64,000 bases of DNA from an uncultured delta proteobacterium (GTDB lineage: Bacteria > Myxococcota_A > Polyangia > Polyangiales > Polyangiaceae), in assembly GCA_963696385.1 (NCBI GenBank), contig CAVOKF010000004.1, forward strand, positions 992,001 through 1,056,000, in the 5' to 3' direction. Below are positions 31,902 to 41,278 of the stretch, in pieces. Made by a program: the position numbers and the translations under genes. Each line of letters opens with the position of its first letter. Position 1 is the first letter of the stretch. The notes under the pieces are model-generated. The model ran no database searches, was not told the origin of the DNA, and worked only from the letters and a program-made list of their open reading frames with translations.

Positions 31902-33059
31902 ATGTGGTGCGAGCGATCCGCGCGGCGGTGCCCATGGCGCGCGGTTCGTGCAGGAGGCATCGCCGTCCTCTTGGCACTCGTTGCCTTGGCTGTTTCCGGC
32001 GCGGTCTACAACTGGTTGGCAGTTCGACATCTTCGCAGCATCTACCCGCCTCCGGGCAAGCTCTACGCCGTGAACGGCAAGGCGATGCATCTGTATTGCA
32101 CCGGCGAGGGAGCTCCAACGGTCGTCCTCGAAGCAGGCATGGGCAATGACTCGCTCATTTGGGTGAAGGTGCAGCCTCCCCTCTCCAAGACCACCCTAGT
32201 ACCTCGATTCCGCGGAATGGAAGGGTCGTTTTCCGCGATATTCCCGACGGGATCGGGTGGTCTCACCCCTCCGTTTCATGGAATCGGGGTACTAGTTTGC
32301 TCGTACGACCGCATCGGCGTTGGCTGGAGCGAAGCGCAAGACGGAGGACACGACTCCAACAGCGTCGCCGATCGACTGCATGTTCTTCTATCGGAGGCAG
32401 AAGTTCGAGGATCGATCGTGTTGATGGGGCACTCCATCGGCGGAATTCACATCCGATCTTACGCCTTCCGCTTTCCTCGCGAGGTAGCGGGGTTGGTCCT
32501 CGTTGACTCTCCCACGCCGCTTGAAGTGACGAACGTTTCCGCTGAGGTTCGAGCGCTCCGCCACGACGCCGACAGGGACATCTCGATGAGAAAGTGGCGA
32601 ACTGCGCTGGGTATGGCACGCCTGATGGGCGAGTGCTCGCGGGTGCAGTCGGGGTTCGAGCCCTATACCGATTGGGTCAAGGCGGATAGCTGTATTCCGT
32701 CGCAGTTCGACGCCCTCTTGGCGGAGGCTTCGGCAAGCGAAGCGTCCGGACAGGAGACTCTCGGCACGGGTCCATTCGGGGATCTGCCCGTCCTTGTCGT
32801 CTCGTCGGACCTGACCGTATCGCCCCCGGGTTCGCCTTTTTCAGCCGAAGTCCTTCAGCGAATGGCCACTGTCCGGAACGCGGGACAGGAAGACCTCAAG
32901 AAGCTATCGACACGCAGCCGCCGCATCATCGCGAAAGGCAGCGGTCACTACGTCCAGATCGATCGGGCGGACCTGCTGAACCGCGAGGTGCCGGTCTTCA
33001 TCGACGAGATCCGTACCCATGCGATGCCATCCAAGAACGGCACGACGGAGACAGAGTGA
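31902..33059 (+). CDS. Alpha/beta hydrolase with an in-frame 32-codon MITE insertion
   Basis: PTVVLEAG, VCSYDR, GHSIGG, SGHYVQ. Confidence 0.9.
   Translation: MWCERSARRCPWRAVRAGGIAVLLALVALAVSGAVYNWLAVRHLRSIYPPPGKLYAVNGKAMHLYCTGEGAPTVVLEAGMGNDSLIWVKVQPPLSKTTLVPRFRGMEGSFSAIFPTGSGGLTPPFHGIGVLVCSYDRIGVGWSEAQDGGHDSNSVADRLHVLLSEAEVRGSIVLMGHSIGGIHIRSYAFRFPREVAGLVLVDSPTPLEVTNVSAEVRALRHDADRDISMRKWRTALGMARLMGECSRVQSGFEPYTDWVKADSCIPSQFDALLAEASASEASGQETLGTGPFGDLPVLVVSSDLTVSPPGSPFSAEVLQRMATVRNAGQEDLKKLSTRSRRIIAKGSGHYVQIDRADLLNREVPVFIDEIRTHAMPSKNGTTETE
32200..32291. mobile_element. 92-bp MITE with ~27-bp imperfect TIRs and CTAG target duplication
   Basis: CTAG at 32196-99 and 32292-95; left end TACCTCGATTCCGCGGAATGGAAGGGT versus reverse-complemented right end TACCCCGATTCCATGAAACGGAGGGGT. 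Confidence 0.85.
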
Positions 33060-33189
33060 CCAGAAATCGGGTCTTCCCGCTCTGCCTCGACAGACCTTCG
33101 TGACGGGCCTTCGTTTTCAGTGAAGCGCCGTCTGCTCGGCGCGGTCTCGGCATTTTCGGCTAGGCTTTGCTCACGAAGGGGAAAGCCAA

Positions 33190-33328
33190 ATCGGATTCTG
33201 AACCGGTGGCCGTGGCAGAGAGTTTTCTTTTCTTCGTTTCGGAGTGGGCTGGGTTCTTGGAATTCAATGGCCGTACCCCTTCTCGGCGCTTTGTCGCGTT
33301 CAACGTTCCTCCAGATGGGGTGCTCTTG
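33190..33328 (-). mobile_element. Remnant right end of a second IS1111-type element
   Basis: Homologous to 25828-25937 joined directly to 26154-26190; same TGAACCGGTGGC IR. Confidence 0.8.
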
Positions 33329-33391
33329 GACTATAGACTAGCCCTGGGAAGGCGGACGACCGCTCTCACGCTTTAACTCCCGTAATCCTAG

Positions 33392-33696
33392 CCCTACTTT
33401 CGCAAAATCGCGACGCGGAGCGAGGCATTGCCGTCACGGGAGGCTTACGTTTGCGGCGTTTTCTCTTTCCATCGCTAGCGACACGGGATAGTGGAAAGAA
33501 ATGCACTTCACGGAGAAGGTCGTCAATGGCAACCGTTACCGCATCGCTGCGCAAGCGGTCTGGGACGCGGCCGCCGGGCAGTCGTATTCTCGGCAGCTTG
33601 GACCGGCGGAGATGCCCGTGAGCGTGAAGCTCGCACAGCTGCGGACGGTGGGCCGACGTCCTATCGGCGACGTTGGGGCTCTGGTCTGGGTGGCGG
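33392..33696 (+). mobile_element. IS1634-like remnant (left end plus transposase N-terminus)
   Basis: MHFTEKVVNGNRYRIAAQAVWD...GDVGALVWVA; cut at repeat C. Confidence 0.55.
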
Positions 33697-33807
33697 GCGA
33701 GTAGTAAGCCCAAAGCACGTCGGTCGACGAAGAGCCCGCGGAAGCCACCGCGGAAACATATCGCGTCTTAGGGGCGTTCGTTATCGCTGAATCGGCGAAC
33801 CGATTTG
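33697..33807 (+). repeat. ~110-bp repeat, copy C
   Basis: Same conserved blocks as copies A and B. Confidence 0.9.
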
Positions 33808-33839
33808 AGCTCGCCGCGGAGACCGAGGCGGATTAGACT

Positions 33840-34085
33840 TTGATCACGATGCAACCGCTCAAGGCCCGCGTGCACAACGGACGTCTCGTGCTCGATGAGC
33901 CTACCGAGTTGCCCGAGGGTGAGATTGTCGAGCTCGTGCCGCGCGAGCCCACGCTCGACGACGAGTTTGACGACGAAGAGCGCGCGCAGCTCCGCCAGGA
34001 GCTCGACGAGGGCATCAAGCAGATGAAGGCCGGCCAGACGATCGACGTGGCCGAAGCGATGGCCGAGTTACGCGCTCACCGATGA
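33840..34085 (+). CDS. Putative antitoxin
   Basis: LKARVHNGRLVLDEPTELPEG; ATGA-coupled to the toxin. Confidence 0.65.
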   Translation: MITMQPLKARVHNGRLVLDEPTELPEGEIVELVPREPTLDDEFDDEERAQLRQELDEGIKQMKAGQTIDVAEAMAELRAHR

Positions 34086-34393
34086 GGCTGCGCCTCGTCC
34101 GGCGCGCACTCGCGGACGCCAAGCGCAGGAAGACCTGGTGGCAGCGTAACCGGCCTGACGCCACCCACCTCTTCGAGCAGGAGCTCGGGGCAACTCTCGA
34201 ACGCATCGCCGCGTCGCCCGGAATCGGACAGCGAGTCGAGCAGCGTGACGGAGACGTCTGGGTGCGCCGGTGGCTGATGCCGAAAACGCACAACCACGTC
34301 TACTACGCGATCGAGGGGACCGAGATCGTCGTGCTCGCCATCTGGGGGGCCCCGAGGGGCCGCGGACCCAAGCTGTGGCTCTCGATCGAGTGA
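34082..34393 (+). CDS. RelE/ParE-family toxin
   Basis: IAASPGIG...HVYYAI...IVVLAIW. Confidence 0.8.
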   Translation: MRLRLVRRALADAKRRKTWWQRNRPDATHLFEQELGATLERIAASPGIGQRVEQRDGDVWVRRWLMPKTHNHVYYAIEGTEIVVLAIWGAPRGRGPKLWLSIE

Positions 34394-34419
34394 TTTCGGT
34401 CGGCCACGTGCTGCGCGAG

Positions 34420-34712
34420 GGGAGATCCGTGATTTCGATCGCCTGACTCTCGTTACCTCGCTTACACACCGCGACGTTGCGGTTGTCGCCGCGATGTTCA
34501 ATCGCCTCGACGGCAACGCGCACGCCAAGCACCTGAGTCTCGAACGGCAGATCGAGATGGTTCTCGAACATCGTGAACCGGCCCATGACCTGTTCGGACT
34601 CGTCGTGCGCGTCGACCGTCGCCTCCTCGATCATCTCGGCGAGCCTCGCCGCACTGATCCCGCTCCGCGTTTTGCGAGCCTTCGCGTTCTTCCTCGTCTT
34701 GCCCATCGTCAT
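34420..34712 (-). pseudogene. 'Calcium-binding' family hypothetical protein, 3'-truncated
   Basis: MIEEATVDAHDESEQ..LPFETQVLGV..ITDLP, then the similarity stops. Confidence 0.6.
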
Positions 34713-35308
34713 CACGGCACCCACTCCGCGAGGTCGTCGTCCCGATCCGTCGCCGATTCGTGATCCAGCGCGCGGAGCACATCCTCGTCGTACTCGATGA
34801 TCAGGTCGTCCTTCGGCTCGGCGTAGCCGAGCGGGGCCTCGCCGCGCGCGTAGCCGATCGCGCGGTACCCCCGGAGCCGTTTCTCGAACATTCGGAGGAG
34901 CATCGGCACCTCGCGATCGACATAGTCAAAGATGCGGACCTCGCGCTTGCCCGGATGGAGCCGATGCAGCCGTCCCGTGTACTGCACGAGCGTGCCCTTC
35001 CACGAGACGGGGAGCGCGAGGAAGAGCGTGTCGAGCCGCGCGTCGTCGAAGCCTTCGCCGATGTAGCGCCCGGTCGCGAGCAGGAGGCGCTCCTCGTTCG
35101 GCGGAATCGCCTCGAGCCGCGCGCGCACCTCGCGATCCGCTTTCGCGCCCATGCCGCCTTGGAGCACGACGAGATTCCGTGCCACGCGCTCGAGGCGGCT
35201 CGCGAAGTACTCGATGTGGTCCTTGCGCTCCGTGAGGAGGATCGGCGAGCGCCCTTCCTCGAGCGCGCGCACCACGTCGTTCAGGATCATCGCATTCCGC
35301 GATTCGTC
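34712..35308 (-). pseudogene. C-terminal fragment of an SF2 (DEAD/DEAH-like) helicase
   Basis: LATGRYIGEGFDDARLDTLFL, QYTGRLHR, IFDYVD; 5' part cut at repeat E. Confidence 0.85.
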
Positions 35309-35420
35309 GCGAATAGGTAAAGCAAAGCCTGGCGGACGACGAAGAGCCGCGGAAACCACCGCGGTCCCATATAACGCCTTTGGGGCGAGTCCGTTGTCAC
35401 TGCAACAGCGAACCGATTTG
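35309..35420 (+). repeat. ~110-bp repeat, copy E
   Basis: Near-identical to copy D. Confidence 0.9.
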
Positions 35421-35588
35421 AACACATCCAAAGCACACGTCGCCCGTCGACGCTCTGGCCGCGTTCCGCCAGTTCCGGCAAAGCCTCCCGCGCCTCGCGC
35501 TCCGTCCACTGTTCCCAGGGCCCAGGTACGTCAAAACGCCCTCCCGTTGGCAACCATCTCCGACCCGCATCTGGCGTATCGTACCCCG

Positions 35589-36236
35589 ATGATTCGAGTC
35601 CTCCTCGTCTGCGGGAGCCTCCAGCGAACCTCGACGAACCGCGCCGCGCTCGACGTCGCCCGCGTGGCGCTGTCGGCGCATGGCGTCGAGGTGAGCGCGT
35701 TCGAAGGTGTCGGGTCGATTCCACCGCTGAATTCCGATCGCGACGACGACCCTGGCGATGCAGTGCAGGCCTTTCGCGCTCAGATCCGGGCCGTCGACGC
35801 CGTGCTGATCGCCGCGCCCGAGTATGCCGGCGCGATCGCCGGCGTGATGAAGAACGCGCTCGACTGGATCGTGGGCTCCGGCGATCTTTACGGCAAGCCG
35901 GTGGCGCTCCTCAGCGCAGGTACGAGCGGCGGCGCCTTCGCCCGGAGGGACCTCATGCGGACGCTGAGTTGGCAGGGCGCGCACGTGGTCGCGAGCCTCG
36001 GCATTGACGCAGCCAGCTCGAGGTCGGTGACCGACGCCAACGGGATGCGCCGGTTTACGGATCCGACGGCCCTCAACGACATCGGACAACTGGTGTCGTC
36101 TCTCCTGGCGTCGGTTGCCAAGAAACCTTCCGATCGGTTCGCCGATATCACTCGGCTCGCGCGCGACGCAGGCATCGAGCAAGGCCCTCTGGCCGACCAC
36201 ATTGCCGCGCAGGACGAAGCCTGGCTCCGGCGTTGA
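35589..36236 (+). CDS. NADPH-dependent FMN reductase
   Basis: CGSLQRTSTN, APEYAG...MKNALDW. Confidence 0.92.
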   Translation: MIRVLLVCGSLQRTSTNRAALDVARVALSAHGVEVSAFEGVGSIPPLNSDRDDDPGDAVQAFRAQIRAVDAVLIAAPEYAGAIAGVMKNALDWIVGSGDLYGKPVALLSAGTSGGAFARRDLMRTLSWQGAHVVASLGIDAASSRSVTDANGMRRFTDPTALNDIGQLVSSLLASVAKKPSDRFADITRLARDAGIEQGPLADHIAAQDEAWLRR

Positions 36237-36552
36237 TTTTGCGGCGTACGAGCCGACCCGCCGAACTGGCCCACCTCCCGCCGGTCCATGATGCGCGTTC
36301 GCTCCGATGGCCCCAAGCCGCGCGCGCAACCCTTCCGCGTCGCATAACCAGATGCCGACCGCGACCTGACCCCGACCTCGACGCTTGAGATTGTTCGTTC
36401 AACTGCCGCGACTTGCACACGAGCTCTTCGCGACGGCCGATCGATACACCGACCGGCTTCGCGTGGAGCGTCGTTCCAATCGCGGCCAGCGTCGCCACCG
36501 CGATCGTGCTCGCGCGCACATGGGGTAGCGAAATGCTCTTCAATGGGTCAAT

Positions 36553-36828
36553 ATGACCTTTATGCGAAAGACCTCCGTCGCGAACGCCAAAGCCCACTTT
36601 TCCGAGCTCGTCGACCTCGCTGAACACAAGGGGCAACGCATATTGATTCTTCGTCATGGCAAGCTTGCAGCAGCCATCGTCCCGGTGAACGTTGCGATGG
36701 GAAATCGTCCGCGCCTGAGCCTCGATGCGTTCGACACGCTGATCGATCGCATGACCGCGGAGGGGCCCGAGACCGCGATGACGATCGAGGAGGCGCTCGG
36801 GCGCGATCGACTCGACGGGATCGGCTAA
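36553..36828 (+). CDS. Phd/YefM antitoxin
   Basis: SVANAKAHFSELVD...ILRHGKLAA. Confidence 0.9.
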   Translation: MTFMRKTSVANAKAHFSELVDLAEHKGQRILILRHGKLAAAIVPVNVAMGNRPRLSLDAFDTLIDRMTAEGPETAMTIEEALGRDRLDGIG

Positions 36829-37232
36829 TGCGGCTCGTGCTCGACGCTAGCGTTGCCGTCGCGTCGCTTCGGCCGCATGAGCCGGATTACCGCGCCGCTC
36901 GAGCCCGTTTGCGCAGGATAGCGAACGGTGACGATCTCGCTGTCGTTCCGTCGATCTTCGTAACGGAGGTTGCAGGAGCGCTGGCGCGACTCGGGTTCGA
37001 GAGGGCGGCCATCGACGCATTCGTCGCAGCGCTCACGAGCACGCCGCACGAAGTGATGACGATCGGGCCAAAGCGCGCGCTCGCAGCAGCCGGCATCGCG
37101 GTATGTACGAAGCTTCGTGGAGCGGACGCGATGTACGTGTGGCTCGCGGCTCGCGAAGGGGTCCCGCTATGCACGCTGGATCGTGAAATGCTCGCGCGGA
37201 GTGCAGCTATTTGCGAGGCGATCGTTCCCTGA
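36828..37232 (+). CDS. vapC: VapC/PIN toxin
   Basis: VLDASV, EV, LRGADAMY, TLD. Confidence 0.9.
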   Translation: MRLVLDASVAVASLRPHEPDYRAARARLRRIANGDDLAVVPSIFVTEVAGALARLGFERAAIDAFVAALTSTPHEVMTIGPKRALAAAGIAVCTKLRGADAMYVWLAAREGVPLCTLDREMLARSAAICEAIVP

Positions 37233-37251
37233 GAGAAACTGTTGGCGCCCC

Positions 37252-37782
37252 ATGACCGGAGACGATATCGCTGTGCTGCTAGGTTTCCTTGCGGGCGCCA
37301 TTGCCCTGGCTGGATTCGCTGGAATCGTCACGTCCATCGACCGAGGGGCAGCCGTTGCCTCCAACGAGGTCATCTCGTTTCGGGTGCGCAACCTCGTCAC
37401 TTCCGCGGTGGCGCAGGTCTTTCTGTCCCTGCTGCCAGTCCTGCTCGAAGCGCTGGAGCTATTTCGGTCCAGCCTCTGGCAGTGGTGCTGTGTCGTCTCC
37501 GCCCTCGGCATCAGCGCACTCCTCTTCTCGTTGCTGTCGGCGCGGCTCCGGATGAGGGGCGGCAAGGACGCCGGACTGTCGCATTCTCTGTTTGCCGCCA
37601 ACATGACGTTCGGCGCGCTCGCGCTCGGTGTACTGATCGCCGGTGCGTCCGGAGCCGTTGCCGGGCGGGGCGCCTACTTCACGGGGCTCTGTTACCTGAT
37701 GTACCTCATGTGCACGTTGTTCCATCGTATGGTCGCCATGGCCGACGCCGCCGCAAGCCATGCGGCGAAAAGGAAGCCGTGA
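37252..37782 (+). CDS. Multi-pass membrane protein
   Basis: About 5 hydrophobic segments. Confidence 0.7.
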   Translation: MTGDDIAVLLGFLAGAIALAGFAGIVTSIDRGAAVASNEVISFRVRNLVTSAVAQVFLSLLPVLLEALELFRSSLWQWCCVVSALGISALLFSLLSARLRMRGGKDAGLSHSLFAANMTFGALALGVLIAGASGAVAGRGAYFTGLCYLMYLMCTLFHRMVAMADAAASHAAKRKP

Positions 37783-37852
37783 CCCTAGAGTCGCGAGCGT
37801 TCGGCCACGCTGATGTTCCCGAATGACCCGAGGGTCATCCAGGTGAGCGCTT

Positions 37853-37900
37853 CAAATCGGTTCGCCGTCCAGTGACAAGGGACGCCCCAAAGGGATCTTA
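37853..37900 (-). repeat. Partial inverted repeat, copy F (similarity ends at the 6-bp spacer)
   Basis: CAAATCGGTTCGCC..CAGTGACAAGG-GACGCCCCAAA-GGGATC-TTAG. Confidence 0.75.
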
Positions 37901-37988
37901 GCGTCGACCCACATCTTGCTCTCCGACGCGATCGCGGGCGGGCTGACGACGCGCGCGTTCAGGGCGTGAGTGATGCGGGGATGCGACG

Positions 37989-38899
37989 TCAGAGGCCTTC
38001 TTTCGCCACGTACTCGCGCACCGTGGTTGGCCGAATGGTGGGGTAGCGGTCGTTCATGAGCCCCCCGAGCTGCCCCTCGCCGCTCATGATCGAACGGAGG
38101 TAGGTGAGCGGTAGGTATGCGATGAGGTTGTGCGGGTTCGCTTCGCGGATCGCCGCGATGCGCGCGCTGAGGTCATCAACGGACCCGAGCCGCTCGATCT
38201 TGAGCTTCTTGTCCGAGCCCGCTTCGTACTCGGCGACCAGTTGGTCGAAGTCGAGGATGCAGCCCGCAACGTACAGTTTGCGCGGCACCGGGCGCTCGTC
38301 GGTTGCGGCTTCGGCTGTGTAGCGTGCGGTGTCCGCGTACGTGGTCCAGGCCATCGGCGCCTTCCCGTCGCCCCAGACGTAGGCGGTCTGCTTCTCCGCA
38401 TCGATGACACGGATGAAGCCGAACAGCACGCCGCGATCCATGAAGCCACCGTTGAGCACGTGGACCACCTCCACGTCGCCGCGCTTCTTTTCCTCGAGCA
38501 GCGCAAACTGGCGGCGCATCTCGGAGGTAAGGATGTTTCCGGGCTTCACGTCGAAGAGGTCGAGCGAGTAGTCGGAGGGGATGAAGCGGTGCACGCCCGC
38601 GTCGCGTGCTGCGCTCACCAGGCGTCGCTGCCCTCGACGATGACGTCGGGGCCACCCTGCACCGCCGAGACGAGGGCGAAGCCCCCCTTGCAGAGCGCGG
38701 CGAGGGCTGCGCCGTCTTCGGCTCCGAGCCCGCCCTCGACGACCTCCGCGCCACGCTGCTCGAGCCCTCCGACCTTCGCGCGACTCCCAGCGCGAACGAG
38801 GAGCCGGAGCTGCACGTCGGGCTTGTCGAGCAGCGCGTTGGCGATGAGGGCTCCGAGGTGGCCGGTGCCGCCTACGAGCGCGATGAGCTTCTTGGTCAT
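37989..38899 (-). pseudogene. NmrA-family protein with a 1-bp frameshift near 38625
   Basis: LVGGTGHLG in one frame; RFIPSDY in the next. Confidence 0.85.
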
Positions 38900-39085
38900 G
38901 GACTTCCTTCGAGGTTGGGCGTGTGCGTGATGAGCGAGGCCTCGGACGTGAGCGAGCCCATGCCGCCCGCGCGGTAGCGCTCGAAGGCTTGTGAGATCTG
39001 CTGCTCGGTGTTCATGACGAAAGGGCCGTGGGAGACGAGCGGCTCCCGGAGCGGCCGGCCCGCGAGCAGCCCAGCCACCGGTACA
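38896..39085 (-). pseudogene. Pirin C-terminal fragment
   Basis: LLAGRPLREPLVSHGPFVMNT. Confidence 0.8.
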
Positions 39086-39686
39086 GGCATTCCGCGCACT
39101 CGTTGCGTGGATAGAGCGCGCGTAAAGCCGGGGACGATTGGGCGACTGCGACGCCAATACGTTGGCGTCGACGGTCCTCGCCGCGCTACACGGCTGGGCG
39201 CTCACGGCGCGCGTCTGTGGTGAATCGACGGCTCCCTCCGCCGAAGGGCGCTTCGTCGAACGCTTCGTCACGCTGTTGTGGAACGGAATCGGCTTGAGCG
39301 CACGACGAGCTCTGGTCGTAGAGGATAGCCGCTCCGGAGTTTAGCAGTGAGACGATCCGCCAAGGACCGAGCCGTAGATCGACGATTCGACATTGATTGT
39401 CGACGTCGGCGCATAGATCATGCCGAAGAGTGAGCCGTTGCTGCGCCCTCGCCGAGGCCGGGCGTTTCGACGCTGCGAGCGGGCACGGCTGGAGCAACAG
39501 CCGCCGCGCAGGAAATGACATCCGGGTCGAGACAGGGGTAGACGACGGGAGGGCTCGCACGAACCGCCGTTCGCGGCCGCGGTCGGCGACAACGTGGAAA
39601 ACACAGAGTGGGGGCGCCCAGGCCGCGTTTGACCGACGCCCCGAGCCGGGTCAAGACAGGCACAATCGGGGTGGTACAGTACGTCC

Positions 39687-40178
39687 ATGCCGAGGTTGGG
39701 GCGCCACCTTGTTTGCTTCACGATGGTCCTGTCGACGGCCTGCGGCGGGTCCATCACGGCCACGGATTCCACGGATCACGTGGACGCTGGCGACGCGCAG
39801 GACGCTGGCGACGCGCAGGACGCGCAGATCGATGCGAGCCTATCCGCGGATGTTGCGGCGGATGTGCTCGACGGGGGCAATGCAGGGCAGTTCACTTGCG
39901 GAGATGCGATGTGCGAGGCGGCGCAGATATGTTTCCATCTGCCGCCCTGCATATCTTGGAGTGGCCCGAGCGACGGCGGAGACTGCCCTAAGGGGACGGA
40001 GTACTCGGACGCGCAGTCCGAATGCATCGGACTTCCACCGCCGTATTATTGCATTTCCCGGGAGGCTGCCGAGAACGCGTCGCTCAACTGTTCTCTTGCG
40101 GATGGATCTCCCTGCTCGATTGGCGCGTCGCTCAATCCTTCATTGCTTTGTAATAGGTGCACGGGAGCGTGCAACTGA
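39687..40178 (+). CDS. Cys-rich lipoprotein
   Basis: STAC lipobox, DAGDAQ tandem repeats, many Cys. Confidence 0.7.
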   Translation: MPRLGRHLVCFTMVLSTACGGSITATDSTDHVDAGDAQDAGDAQDAQIDASLSADVAADVLDGGNAGQFTCGDAMCEAAQICFHLPPCISWSGPSDGGDCPKGTEYSDAQSECIGLPPPYYCISREAAENASLNCSLADGSPCSIGASLNPSLLCNRCTGACN

Positions 40179-40214
40179 GCCGCTCCGGTCTCGCCGGAAC
40201 ATGTCGCCGCAAAG

Positions 40215-40490
40215 CTCTTTTCCGAAAAGGAGCGAAAGACGATCGAGGACGTAATCGCAGCAAACCCCGACCACTGGCCGGTCATTCCAGGTACCGGCGG
40301 ACTGCGCAAGGCCCGCGTCCCCAGGCCAGGCATGGGCAAACGCGGCGGAGCGCGCACGATCTATTTCTACTGGTCGGCAAGTCGGTCTTGTTGCTGCTCC
40401 ACGTCTACGCGAAGAACGTCCAGGAGGACATCGATGCACATCATCGCTCGCCATCCCGAGATCGTCCGGGAAGTGCTAGAACGGCGTGAA
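40215..40490 (+). pseudogene. HigB2/RelE toxin remnant fused to a HigA-like C-terminal remnant
   Basis: VIPGTGGLRKAR..GKRGGARTIY, VYAKNVQED, then IIARHPEIVREVL. Confidence 0.75.
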
Positions 40491-40558
40491 CCGCCGGCTG
40501 CAACGTGCTCATAGAGCACGGCGAAAGCGGACTGAACAACCGTTTATAGGACAAACGC

Positions 40559-40729
40559 ATGGTAGGAAGACAGGCCGTCGTCGTGCTCTACGTGCTCGCA
40601 CTCGTAACCGTCGTGGTCGGCGTGGACATCCTGTTCTTCCGGAACCGGTTCTGGGAGCGTCTGATGGCAAACGTCGGAATCGTTCTGGTATTCACGGCGT
40701 TTTATTTAAGGTTCTTGAAGCACCCATGA
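40559..40729 (+). CDS. 56-aa two-helix membrane protein (absent from the ORF track)
   Basis: AGGA RBS; MVGRQAVVVLYVLALVTVVVGVDILFFRNRFWERLMANVGIVLVFTAFYLRFLKHP. Confidence 0.7.
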   Translation: MVGRQAVVVLYVLALVTVVVGVDILFFRNRFWERLMANVGIVLVFTAFYLRFLKHP

Positions 40730-40849
40730 GCGCACGCAGGTGCCTCGGTTCCCCCGGTGCCTCAAAAAGCCCCCGGATCGGCGAACCGCATGCCTCCGTA
40801 AATCCGGGAACGAGCGACCCCCGCCAGCTGGATCTCGATCTCTGACCAG

Positions 40850-41233
40850 GTGCCAAATGTCGTCGCCCAGATCGATGGCAGCGGCAATCTCGTGGCGAGG
40901 TTTGTTTTCGGCAGCAAGCCCAAAGTGCCCGACTACTATTCGACCAACGCAGGCACGTTCCGCATCCTGAGCGATCACCTCGGCAGCCCCAGGGTCATCA
41001 TCAACGCGTCCACGGGTGCCGTCGTCGAGGAGATTGACTACGACGAGTTCGGAAACGTCACCAACGACACCAACCCGGGGTTCGTTCCGTTCGGGTTCGC
41101 GGGCTGGTTGTACGATCCGCACACGGGCTTGGTGAGGTTCGGTGCGAGAGATTACGACGCGAGCACGGGGAGGTGGACAAGTAAGGATCCGACCCAAAGG
41201 GTAAGGCTGTTTGGGACTGCACGGTCCCGTTGA
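40850..41233 (+). pseudogene. RHS repeat-associated core fragment
   Basis: [34 protein letters not shown]. Confidence 0.88.
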
Positions 41234-41278
41234 CGTCGATGAACCCGTTCCAGTCCACCGGGTCACCACCCGCTTATG

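Noticed and set aside
27600..37900. Classical integron attC array
   Set aside because: No RYYYAAC...GTTRRRY ends or full-length hairpin, mixed orientations, and no integrase in the window.
39138..39344. TetR C-terminal fragment
   Set aside because: Only a vague resemblance and no HTH present.
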